Of a stretch of DNA of 64,000 nt, positions 13,331-25,530 are shown one piece after another. Made by a program: the position numbers and the translations under genes. Position 1 is the first letter of the stretch, and each line of letters begins with the position of its first letter. This stretch comes from Camelus ferus. Lineage: Eukaryota. The DNA lies in NCBI RefSeq assembly GCF_009834535.1, contig NC_045697.1, positions 57,228,001 to 57,292,000 on the forward strand, read 5' to 3'. The notes beneath the pieces were generated by a model. That model worked only from the letters and a program-made list of their open reading frames with translations, was not told where the DNA came from and searched no databases.

Positions 13331-14568
13331 AGACTTAATAAGGGATTGAGGTAATTATATTAAAGCCTTTTATTACAATTCCATATATATAATATTTTTA
13401 AAAGGCACTCTAACCCAAAATATAAAACAGAAACTAACATATACAATTAAATTTGTGATACTTAAGGAAATATTGAGTTATTGTTTCAGTCAATTAATTC
13501 AGGTTTCTAAATGTGTCCTAAAAGATGGACCATACTTACAGCATATTTCTTTCAAAGTTGTTATGGAGACTGTAAAACTTGAGAACATTGACTTTGTAAA
13601 ACTTAACTGAAAAAAAAAAAATCTTTCAAATCAGTTTGACAATTTTTAGAGATATTTAACCATTAATTTTCAATTAAAAAATGCCCAAGTTTTGTTTGCT
13701 TACTTGTTTTTTAATCTGCAGATAAATTTGAGTTTTATTCTTGGGCTAGAAAAAGTCATCATATTGCAATATTGTGCAATGATCAATATGCTAAAATTTA
13801 AAATTAAAGAGGCAAATAATATTTTGAGTAAGGATAGGAGATAACTTATATAAAACAAGTATCATATATACATTGATAATAGAGTGGCAGCATAACAAAA
13901 AAGGAGAAAAACAGTATGAGATTGTATTTTTGTTAATCCTTCATCTATAATATTAAAGCAAAAGCTCTAACATTTCAAATAACCATTCTAGGAATATGTG
14001 TAATTGGTACTTTTCATATTTATTGTCAAGTGTGTATTTTATTATTTAGACTAACATCATCAAATGTTCCTGTGGCCCAATGATTAATTTGATTCTATGA
14101 AAAAATATTTAATTAAAAAATAACTTACAAATATTACCAAAAGTGGTAATAATACAAACCAAAAAAACTCATTGTTTCAAACACAATGGTCACAGCAACA
14201 CAAACACCTCTGGGAGCATATGGATTTTTCACTTTCAATAACTATATGACCTTTACTCACCTAACAGTTATATTCTGATAAATATATGTTCTCTAAGATT
14301 ACACCTATTGTGGAGAATACCATATAAATATTTATATGTGTAATTGTAAAAAAAAAAAAAAAAGCTAAGAATGAGAGTGTTGCCTGTTTTAAAGTTAAAT
14401 CATGGTTGAGTTTCTTTAAGTAAAGAGCGTGATCCTTTTGTAAAATTTCTTCATATATTACTTGCAGTCCATTAATTAATATCATTAGCTAATTGTTATC
14501 ATTGGGTGTATTCAGAGAAACAATACAAAATATAGCTATTTCTGTTTCAGTACATTTGAGTTTACGTT

Positions 14569-15061
14569 TGCCAACTGAAATAAATGTGCAGCCTAAAAGT
14601 TGAGAGTTATGTTTTATTTGGCAGGAAGATTCCAGCCAGGGTGACAGCCTCTCAGATTGCTCTGAGGGACTGCTCCGAAGAGGTAGGGAGGGGCTAGGAT
14701 ATACAAGAGCTTTACAACAAAGTCAAGGTAGTTGGAACAATAAAAGATTACTTGTTATCTAAAGAAAACCAGGCATCTCAAGTTAAAGAATTTAGTGCTT
14801 TTCTTTGTATGGGAGGAAGCAAACATTTGGGCTCATTGAATTCATTCCTTTGACAGCCATCTATCTACCCAGGGCCATTATCTTGTCCTTTATTGTTCTG
14901 AGTCCGCTCAGAGTGCACCATTGTGAGTGGCTGCAGAGGCTGGGCTGCAGGCTTGTCTTCACGGGGCGTGGTGGGCGGTGGTGGGGGGGGCAGCAGCCGG
15001 TGATGACTTGGTTTCAGCATTCTTTGTTTACTGATATGGTTTGCAGTATTTTTTGTTCACA
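14569..15061 (-). mobile_element. ERV1-class solo LTR (493 bp)
   Basis: TG..CA ends; perfect TSD CGTT (14565-14568 / 15062-15065); minus-strand AATAAA at 14613-14618. Confidence 0.92.
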
Positions 15062-17135
15062 CGTTTGAGGTACACAAAATTGTAACAGAGCTAATATATG
15101 TTGAATATTTGCAATTTCATTAAAAATTTAGGGTAAAAAATCAAAATTTGTAACTGAAAAAAGAAATAAGTGGAGGCTACTTTACTGTTTTTTCTTCTTA
15201 AATATCTAAATTTCCTCAATTCTTCTTACTTTCCTTCTCAATATAATACAGTTAGCTTCCATCTTTACTTACTCTAATACTTTTTATTAAAGTCACATAT
15301 TAAATAAACTAACAAGAACTGAAAGATAAAATGCATATACAACATACTTCCCCTTACAAATTGGCAAATAATAAGAGATTTTAACCACATAGTAAACAGC
15401 TTACAACTGATGCTTGTGTATCATTGTACCTAACAACTGCAAAGTACAATTTTTTTTAATTATATACGTATGGATTATTTACGAAAGGTGACCTAAATTT
15501 TATATAGTAAATCTCATCAAGTTAAAAAAAACACATTCTATATATCTAAATTCTAAATATCCAGAGTCAAACTAGAATAATAGTAATTACAACATGTCCA
15601 AACCTAACGAGAGTGACAATCTTACATGTATAAACTCTGGGTACATGGCAAAAGGGATATCTAAAGGAAAGTTTCTCCTTATATATTTATACTTTTCACA
15701 CATAAGAATGATTTAATTACTTCACATTAAATAGAAAAAGAGATAGTATTTGCATACATTTTATCATCCTCAGAAGAAGAGAGTACTAATACATTATTAT
15801 TTATAACTAAATCTTGTTTGTGGTTATCATATATTTGGGAAAAGCAAACCTAGAGCAGCATTCTCTATAACATTATTATCAGATACGTTTATCATTTCTA
15901 TCATTTCATTGTACCGTGCATCTAATATGGCATGTAGTAAAATTCACCATTTTATCAGGCAAAGCAGAACAGGCACCTACATAGTCCTAGTTGTGAAAAA
16001 AGCAAATATTTAAGAAAATTATTGTGATGTTATAACTCATCTATAAAGGTAAGTTGCTCAAATCCCAATGATCTCCATCTCAGCTAAAATTGTTTAGATT
16101 ATTGATACTGAAGGTGGGTTTTTATAAAACTTGTAAGTAAGCTAAAATTTGTTACCATTTGTAATGAGACAGAGAAAGAGTAGATGAAAGTGTGAAGAAC
16201 AGGGAGTAAAAGCACAAACTGCTAGTGAAATGGATGACAGAATATCTTGATAGTGGTTTGGAAGTGTTGGTGATTAGAATAGTCAATGTTACTGAATATG
16301 AAATATGATCAGACTCCCCTGAGGCAGCACATTTTGTGAAGTATCACTCTGGCATTACCACTCTTAAATTTATAAGTACTGAAAAGGTCTCTGCCCCATG
16401 TAAGGATAATAACATGCTCTACTGCCAATAGCATGAGAATTAAGATGGTTTCAAATAATGATTTTAAGCAGAAACATTTTGTTTGATTTTAATCAATACT
16501 ACAACTTGTTTGCAAGTATTAAACATATCTACTTTAAATATACTATAATTTTTTATTGTTTTTATTTTTTCCAGCTGTAAAAAATGATATTATAGCAAAA
16601 TACAACTGTTCCTACTAACCATATGAAATAATTATAGGCTATAAAAATGTAGAGACTCGGAGGAGACAGGGTCCTACGTTCCACAGTCATTTGATGTGCC
16701 AAATTCTTTCTGACTCTGGCTTTTAACACTCCAGATCTTTTGTTTGTTTTCACAGCTTAAAGCTGTACAGATAAATACATACACTAAATATGACACCCCA
16801 AACAAGCCCAAAGCTCTTTTGGCAAAAAACAAATTAGAATAAAGAAAAGTGCCTAATGGCAGTAGGTTATAAAGACAAATCCAAACTGATTTCATTTTTC
16901 CAGTTTTCCAGTATGAGGTATGAAAAGTTAGAATTTCTATTATTACAAATAATGGTTTTGAGCCTTATTTGGTAATGGATATATAGCAAACTGAGGAAAT
17001 AGACTATTCTCTCCAAAGGAAAACATTGCACAGAAGTATATGTATACAAGTATAAAGATTTTATCAGAATTCCTGAAGAACATTCATAAATCCCAAGAAA
17101 CCAGATTAAAAAGGATTTCTTCCTGGATTCTGCAA

Positions 17136-17190
17136 TTTATATATAATTTTATATAATATATATATATATATATATATAAAATATATAAAA
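17136..17190. repeat. (AT)n microsatellite
   Basis: Read directly from the sequence. Confidence 0.9.
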
Positions 17191-17764
17191 CTATAACATA
17201 CATATTATATATGTACATGCATACATATTTATGAACATTTTACATAGGTACCAATATGCTATATATTGATTATTTAAATCTTTAATAATAAAATATTCTT
17301 AAACTTTCAAAACCACGAAAGTATCTTTAAGGAAAAATTTTAAATGATTTTGTTACTTTAAAACATTTTGCTATTTTTAAATTGCTATTGATATTTGTAA
17401 GTTCTTCCACATTAATATGGAATCACACAGAGAGATTTCATTAATAGAATAAATTCTAATTTTAGTTTTCTGCTTACATGAATTCCACATCTTTAATGTC
17501 ACTTTAGGCTTCTGCATTAAAATAGCAATATTATTGTAAATGACACCAAATTGTTGCATTCAGTTCTAACCAACTTTAAATTCCAAAATTTCAAAGAGAA
17601 AAAAAACACAGAATACTTAAATATTAAGTGTTATTATTATAGACATTTTTGATTATCATACAGAATATCATATAAAATATAATTTCATTTTGATGTGTTC
17701 TGTTTAAAACCTTAAAATACAACATAATGAATACTTGTTAAATTTTCAAATTATCTTTTACTAA

Positions 17765-18723
17765 AAGGAGCTCTTAGTTGTATAACTTTGTTACTCACTC
17801 TCCTCTGTAGATCAGAATTGCACTGATGTCCTTGAATTGGGAAATCTAAATGCAGTGGGGATAATTAGATCCCAGGGTTTCAGGAGCCAAGTGGCTGCAC
17901 TTAACTGCCAAAGGCAGGTGTGCATGGTTATGGAAATGGATGACAGAGCAAATCAGTAATCAGAATATTCTGACTTGCAGAGATTTCTGGTGCTGGCTAG
18001 TTTGGACATAGTGTTTCTAAAAGTGAAATAGATGGATAGGCTACTAATTCTTACTTCCTCTGCATAAGCAGAATTCTCAAGTCTAATTTGAATTATAAGA
18101 AGAGTCACAGCCTCTCACTGAATTCCCAGTGTTAAGCCAGTTCACAGACCTACAACCTCTGGAGGAAAATGTGTGTCCTTACAGAAGGGAATCCACTACT
18201 CTGCCAAAATTTATATTTTTAATCTTTCTTCCAGCTTTCTCCATAGGGACCTACAGACTTTTACAGAGTATGCATTGGGGAAAGAAAATGACAAAATGTC
18301 AGGAATACTGGACATTTATTTGGTCTAACAGTAATTCTAGGAGCCTGAAATTGTCACTGTGGTTCACCAGTCAAATTAGGAGCTTATGGAGAGCAGATGA
18401 TGAATAAAATTTTAACTCAGATCAGATCAGTTCATGGGTCCACAAACATACTCTGTTGTTATTTTTTCACTTCTAGAGTTCATAATTAGAATAGACAAAA
18501 TGTACTGGCTGTGTGATTAATCTTTATTACCAAGGGAAAATTGGCCTGCTACTACCCAATGAATGTGCAAGAATATGTCTGTAATATGAGAGATTCCTTG
18601 GGGAATCTGTTAATATTATCATACTCTGTGATTAAAGTTAATGGAAAATCACAACAACCTAATTCTGGCAGGACTGCTAATAGATCCATTAGGAACGAAA
18701 ATTTGGGTCACATCCCAGGTAAA
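17765..18723 (+). mobile_element. ERVL internal relic, part 1: gag C-terminus, protease, then dUTPase
   Basis: Degenerate HERVL-like peptides: ELGNLNAVGII..SQVAALNCQRQ (gag); GPQTYSVVI (pro); YQGKIGLLL and VIKVNGKSQQPNSGRTAN (dUTPase). Confidence 0.88.
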
Positions 18724-19556
18724 TAGCATGCTCATGTGGTAGTTCTATTTTTACCTTTTTGAGGAATCTCCATACTGTTTCGTATAGCAGCTAAACTATT
18801 TTGCATTCCAGACAACAGCATACAGGGTTTTGATTACTACATATCCTTGCCAACACTTACCTCCTTTTTTAAAAATAGCCATTCTTACCAGTGTGAGGTG
18901 GCATCTCATTGTGGGTTTGATATGCATATCCCAGATGATTAGTGATGTCAAGCCCCTTTTCATATATCTAGTGACTGTATGTCTTCGTTGGAGTAATTTT
19001 TATTCAAGTTTTTTGCTTGTTTTTTAATTTATTTACATATTTTTTGATATGGAGTTGTTAGAGTTCTTAAAACATTTTGAATATTAACCTCTGTCGGATA
19101 TAGTTTGTAAATTTTTTTTTCTGATTCCATAGGTTGTCTTTATTTACATTTTATTGATTGTTTTCTTTGCCATGCAAAAGCTTTTAAGTTTGATATACTT
19201 CTACCAGTTTATTTTTGCTTTTGTTACTTGTGCTTTTGGTAACATATCCAATAAGTCAGTGCCAAGATCAACGTCAAGAAGCTTTTGCCCTAGGTTTTCT
19301 TCCAGGGGTTTTGCACATTAAGGTCTTTCATTTAAGTCTGTAGTCCATTTTGTCTTGATTTTTGTGTATGATGTGAAATAAGAGTCCAATTATATTCCTT
19401 TTCCTGTGGATATTTATTTTCCCACTATTTGTTGAAGGGACTACCCTTCCCCCATTATATATTCTTAGCACCCTTGTTGAAGATCATTTGACTGTATATG
19501 TGTGGGTTTGTTTATATATTCTCTGTTCTGCTCCATTGGTCTATATCTCAGCTCTT
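18724..19556 (-). mobile_element. L1 ORF2 C-terminal segment, the inverted part of a 5'-inverted L1MA/MB-type insertion
   Basis: ttttgaggaatctccatactgttt..gtgtgaggtggcatctcattgtgg..ccattggtctat is antisense ORF2. Confidence 0.9.
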
Positions 19557-20097
19557 ATATAATCTAGCAATTCTACTTCTGGGTATATATATCCAAAAGA
19601 ATTGAAATTGGGTTCTCAAAGAGATATCTGCACTTCCATTTTCGTTGTAGCATTATTTCATGATAGCCAAGATACGTAAACAATCTAAATGTCCACTGAG
19701 GATTGAACAAATACGTGGTATATACAAACAATGGAATATTATTCAGCCCTAAAAAAGATACTCTGCCATACACAACATGTATGAACCTGGAGGACATCTT
19801 ATTAAGTGAAATAAGTGAGTGACATAAGGACAAATACTGTATAATTCCACTAATACAAGGCATCTATAGTAGTCAAAATCCTAGAACCAGAGAATAGAAT
19901 AGTGGTCACCAGGGTTCTGGGTTGGGGACATGTGATGTTGTTGTTCGACATGTGTAAATTTTCAATTATGCCAGATAAATAAGTTCTAGATATTTGCTAT
20001 ACAACATAATGCCTATAGTTAACAATATTGTAATATATACTTAAAATTTTGTTTAGAGGGTAGATTTCATACTAAATATTCTTACCACAATAAAAAT
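19557..20097 (+). mobile_element. L1 ORF2 end and 3' UTR (L1MA9/L1MB1-like), the non-inverted part
   Basis: Begins tataatctagcaattctacttctgggtata (YDPAIPLLGI consensus); ends agggtagatttcatac..cttaccacaataaaaa. Confidence 0.9.
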
Positions 20098-20109
20098 GCT
20101 ACAGAAGCA

Positions 20110-20572
20110 GAAATCTAAAAAAGCCAGCTAAAGTGGTTGCCAAGTGCAAAGGGAAAATAGAATGGGCAATAAAAAAGGTGGTTTTAAATAGCAGCTATAC
20201 TTGTGTGACTAGTTGCAGAAACAAGAACTGTAATTGTTCTTAGTATTTCTTTGTTTTTGTGAATATGTTTGTTTCTGTGTGTATGAAATCATACTGTTTC
20301 CTTGCCTTTCTTATCCCCTTATATAACAAATATTAACTTTATATCACAGTATTTGAGTTATAGGACAGCAGGGAGAAGGATGGCGTCACCCAGGACTTTC
20401 TGTCCTCTGCTAGAGAAAGGATTAAGTTATATGCAGGGTAGTTGCATCATGCTAGTCAGAAGTATGACTTTGTTACTATCTTTATTTGCAGATCAAGAAT
20501 AATTTAGTGAGGAGTGTGTAGGTGCTGACTTGATAACAGTGTGATCCAGTTGATAACAGATATCAATTGGAG
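20110..20572 (+). mobile_element. ERVL internal relic, part 2: end of the pol/dUTPase frame and 3' noncoding region
   Basis: PAKVVAKCKGKIEWAI..QKQEL* matches the HERVL terminus (PAEVLAEGKGNTEWVV..QKRGL*). Confidence 0.85.
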
Positions 20573-20958
20573 TGTGATGGTTAATTTTATGTCAACTTGG
20601 CTTGAATAAGGTGCCCAGTTTATTGATCAAACACCATTGTAGACGTTACTGCAAAGGCATTTTTAGATGTGATTAGTATTTAAATCAGTAAACTATGAGT
20701 AAAGCAGATTAACCTTCATAATGTGGATGGACTTCATCTAATCAGTTAAAGGCCTTAAAGAGCAAAGACAAATTCCTTCAGATAGGAGGAATTCTCCTCA
20801 AGACTGTAATATAGAATACATGTCTGCATTTTCAACATGCTTCTCTGTGGAATTCAGGCTCAATCAACTCTTACAATTTCCAGCATGCTGGTCTGCTCTA
20901 CAGATTCAAACCCACCTGCTCCCAGAATCATATGAACCAAATACTTGAAATAAATCAC

Positions 20959-20993
<35 letters not shown>

Positions 20994-21010
20994 CACACAT
21001 ATATATGTGT

Positions 21011-21049
<39 letters not shown>

Positions 21050-21097
21050 TACATATAAAATCTTATCAGTTCTGTTTCTCTGGAAAACCCTAACATA
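20573..21097 (+). mobile_element. MLT2 (ERVL) 3' LTR containing an (AT)n/(CA)n tract at ~20963-21056
   Basis: tgtgatggttaattttatgtcaacttg..gttctgtttctctggaaaaccctaac. Confidence 0.92.
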
Positions 21098-22319
21098 GTC
21101 ACAGTTACTGGCTGCATCAATGAAAGTAAAGAGCTACGTTTGAAATTTCATCAAGAATTTTAACTAAAAAGATAAGTTTTATTACATATTGATTGGTCAA
21201 CATTTTTATACGGTAACTGCTTTTTGAAGTTAAGGTTTTTGGAGCTAAAAGAGCTTACATTTTAAAAAGTAGTATTTAAATCTCATCTCTATAAAAACTT
21301 TAACCATAAAAAGGCCTGAGAGGGGAATAAAAGCAGGTTTTTTTATTGTTATTTTTCTTCCTTGTGTTGCCATTCTATGGGCATTCTAAAAATATTCTAC
21401 AGCAATATTCTCTGCCTTTTGTAGAAAATATGTACATTCAAAATGTCCACAACAAGCATTTAACATCCTCAATAATATCTCTAAACTATATCTTTCTAAA
21501 AACATCTGTTTTCACACAGGAACGTACATATAAAGACACATACACCATACAATTTGGAAACCTCCACTATTTTTTGTAACCATTTTCCTTTTCCCTACAT
21601 CTAAGCAAATACATTTTTTTTTCCCTTCGCATGGCTATTTGCATCCATTCTTTTTATGTATTCACAGAAAATCACTCTAAATCTGCTCTTTCAATTCTCT
21701 CACTGTTTCTTTTCACTGTTTTGACAAATGGAACAAATTTCATCCATATGTACCACACATTCCTTTGCCAGTATCTTCCAACTTTAGATGCAATAAAGAA
21801 CATGCTGGCTCCAATTGCACCACAGTTTCTTATTCTTACCAAAGTTAAACCAAATAGGTACATGAGTTGCAATTCAGGCACACTGGTTATAACATTTTTT
21901 ATATGTAAGTCACAAAATTCACTACTTTTTTTAGTACCAAATTGCTTAATAAAGATATTTCAACTGATTGTGATACCACTGATTTGAAACTTCCTGGATA
22001 AAACATCCAGGTGTTAACTTCTCATTGAAAAACCCTCCTCACTGAGTTTATAACCTGTTTGGCTGGTTATAAAAATGGTTATAAGTTTTAATTGGGCAAC
22101 TGTCATTGACAACATTAGTTACTATCTTCTGAATAGTTTTCCTTATGCTGTGTTCCCAATTAAATGACCTTTCCTATTCTTCTTTTCTGCAATTGAATCA
22201 TTTCACAGACTTCGAGAACAATCTTCCCTGTGTAAACTTCTGCATTGTAAATCAGGAGAATTTTACAAGAGTGTTCATAATTCAGTTTGTATTAATAAAG
22301 ACACTGAAACCACACAAAT

Positions 22320-22700
22320 AACAACCAGAGAAAAGTAGATAACAAATTGTTGTGTATTCAAGCAATGGAAGACCATATGGCTGTGAACATGAATTGATTA
22401 AATCTATAAGCATCAAGTGTGGCAGACCCCAGGAAATAGATGCTGAGTAAGAGAAAAAAGTCTCTGAAGAAAAGATACAGTATAGCTGTATCCATACATT
22501 TTAAAACATGCAAAGAATAATTATTTATGGATGGAAACATAAGGAAAAATAATAAATAAAAATGTTTTTCTTTATGTTTGTTTGTATAAATAATGTTAGT
22601 GAGAATTATGCCCAGGAAGTATCCTCAGAGAAAATGACAATGTTCTTTTTCATTAGGTTTGTGGTGCATAAATGTCACTTTTTTATGATGTTTAATGAAA
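22320..22700 (+). mobile_element. Old L1 (L1ME-like) 3' UTR fragment
   Basis: aaattgttgtgtattca..caatggaa..gatacagtatag..tttaaaacatgcaaa. Confidence 0.6.
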
Positions 22701-23079
22701 ACAGTATCACACTGCTTATAGTACGTTAGTATTTTCACATGATCCTGCTTGATTTTACAGGTCTGGTAATTTTAGTCTTCCATCAGTCCAAGAAGGAAGA
22801 AGGACATGGATGTTGTTGTTCATGATACTTTCAAGAGTGATGAATTTTATATGTAAAGAAACCTATATCTCCAAAATAAGATAATTAACACATTGAACAG
22901 GACATTTCTGTAGGATGATAATGATATGTGGTTTACCCTAACAGCTTAACTGTATATTGTCAGTACTACTGATAGAAACTAAATTTTCATTCACTGTTTT
23001 TACATTGTCTTCAAAATTCAAATGAAACCACTGGAATAGATTTTGATCTGATAGTTGAGCATATTTGCATCATTGGTTT

Positions 23080-23250
23080 ATATCATTCATCTGATCAAAT
23101 AAGTTTATTGATTTTCTATTCAGTTCAAGGGCCTAATCTATTGCCGGAGGTTATGGTGCTTGATGAGCCAGACAAAAATCCTTGACTTTTGGACACTACA
23201 TTCTAGTGGATAGAAATATTAAATAATAAGCAATTAAATAAACTACTATA
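23080..23250 (-). mobile_element. L2 3' end
   Basis: tcattcatc..tttattga..cagacaaaaatccttg..acattctagtgg. Confidence 0.65.
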
Positions 23251-24779
23251 CAGTTAGCCTTATTTATCTTAGGATTATTTGTTTTAGTTAATTTAAGAAA
23301 TAATTTAAATACAAAAGGATTGGTGTTAACATGGTAGTTGCAAGGAAAAAATAGATGTCCATCACCTTGCCTTATAGTTTATTCCTTCCTCAGTCTTTAA
23401 TATGTTCACGTTCCTCTTGCTGCCTTCTTTAGTTACTTGTACAAATCAGCTGTCAGACATCACCCTATGCTAGTCACCCAGACTCAAAGTGATTTCTATC
23501 AGGAGCTGTAAGTATTGTCAGCTTGTCAGGAGTGCCACTGCCTTGTGCTTTTCGACTTTGCAGTTGCTGTTTGATTGACACTTTTGAAATTCTGTCAGCT
23601 TTTCTTTCCTTTGTTTGCTTTGTACAGAACAGAAAAAAAAGATGCAGTTCTTATCCATTAGCTTGGCAAAATCACAGCCTCTCTTAGAGGGAAAGTCGAA
23701 TCTCTTAAATCATATTATTTCATAAGTACAAAAATAAAGATGACTGAATAGAGACTACTGAATCAGTTGTCAAAAGGATTATTGGTCTAAAAATTAAACA
23801 CTTTAGGTCTCAAATATCCATGTATAGGTTAAAATACCATAATGAAAAACAAAATATTATGAGATATTTACTGACATTCTTCAGTGTACAATAATAGTAT
23901 CTTTATTTTTTTGAAGAAACAAGTTTTATTAAATAGGTGAAAAACCAATAATCAACAGTAGATTCCAAAATCTGTGAACTAAAATGAACTATAAACCAAG
24001 TATATTTGATATTTATTTTGGTTTTGCTTATTACAATATTGTAGAAAGCACTAATTGTTCCAAGCAGTATTATTGTCCCTTTAGAAGTCATAAATAAACT
24101 AATGTAAAATGTTACTCTTTGGCTTAAGAAGTCTAAGTGTCAAATCTAAGAAAATGAGAATGTTTTACTTACTAGTTATTAAATGAAAGTGAGGAAGACA
24201 TAAGCAGAATTAATTATATTAAAGTACAGGTGTTCAAAATGAAAACCTATATGACATTATAAGTAATAAACAACTGGTAATATTGAAATGCTTTCACAGC
24301 ATATTCTGTCAAAGATTTTTAAAAAATTTTTCAGTGTTTTCCAGGTTGAAAATTTTACTGAATAACTATGGAGATATTTTAAACGCATAGAGTAGATGAC
24401 ATTTGCTTCAAATCTGAAAGTAGTCTTGTTAATAACTAAGAGATGCAGATAGTATTAAAATGAAGGTTAGACAATAGTTAAACAATGGGCAAGCTACCAG
24501 TTAAACAATGAAAAAGTAAGCCTATTGGAAAGGAGAGTATTAATCAGAAAAGCAAATATTTCACATTACACAATATAATTCTAATTTCATTTTTTATTAG
24601 TAGATAAATTATATCATAAAATAGCATACATGCCACATTATCAAACTTAATCAAGATATAGATCTACTATGCTATAGCTAAAACAGTGGAATTCAAATTA
24701 TTTCTAGGGATGTAATTTTCTTATTAGGAAGGAGACATAGATATCAACTCAAAGTTGGTAAAGTGAATGAAAAATCAAA

Positions 24780-25530
24780 CAGAAAAACAGGTGATATAGA
24801 GTAGTGAATAATACAGACAAAATGCCTACATCTTATGCCCTCACAGAGCTTACTTGCTAAAGGAAGGAGACAGACTGTGTATGTATGTATATGTGTGTAC
24901 ACATATACTCACAGATACATGCACATGCACACACATACATGGACAATATAAATGCTATTTATGATATTATTTTCTGTGAAGGAAATGAAAGTGGCTTAAG
25001 AGGGTTCTACTTTAAGCAGAGTGATCAGTGATGTTTTCTGTGAAGGAGTGACTTTTAGTTTCAGCTAGACCTATGAAAAGAATCTATGCCAAGAGCTTTG
25101 AGGGGTTAGGATAGAAAATGAAGGCCTGTGATGAAAAGAACTCAACTGGTTTGAGAAACAGGAAGCAGTTAAGTATGGCTGTCACAGAATGAATGGGAAA
25201 GAATGTGGAGCAGAAACAAATGAGGAATTAGACAGAAGCCAGGTTGCATAAGACATTTAAGTTCACAGTGAAAAGTTTCAGTTTTCTCTTCTGTGTGTTG
25301 GAAAGCCTTTAAAGGCTTCCAAACTAAATTCATTTTGCTTTTTAAAAGACCACTCAGGATGCAGTGAAATAGGGTCATAATAAGTGGTAGGAGTAGAGGC
25401 TGCAGTAAGCTGGTGCCGCGGTACACCAGGTAGTGCAGGCCATGTTAGGATTTTAAAACATTCTTAGAACACTGGGGAGCACTAACAGTTTTAAAGCTAT
25501 GGAGTTGGATTATCATTTTTGTACTTATTT
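24780..25530 (-). mobile_element. L2 fragments
   Basis: tgccctcacagagctta..gaaggagtgacttt..aaagaccactcagg. Confidence 0.75.

Noticed and set aside
14254..14320. Minus-strand consensus donor AG|gtgagt
   Set aside because: The plausible 44-bp exon has stops in all three frames and only a modest acceptor.
21346..21987. ORFs of 77 and 118 aa in apparently unique DNA
   Set aside because: No recognisable domain or splice context; composition is typical of random AT-rich ORFs.
22740..22860. Good plus-strand acceptor (tttgattttacag) followed by a purine-rich stretch
   Set aside because: No convincing donor downstream and no recognisable peptide.
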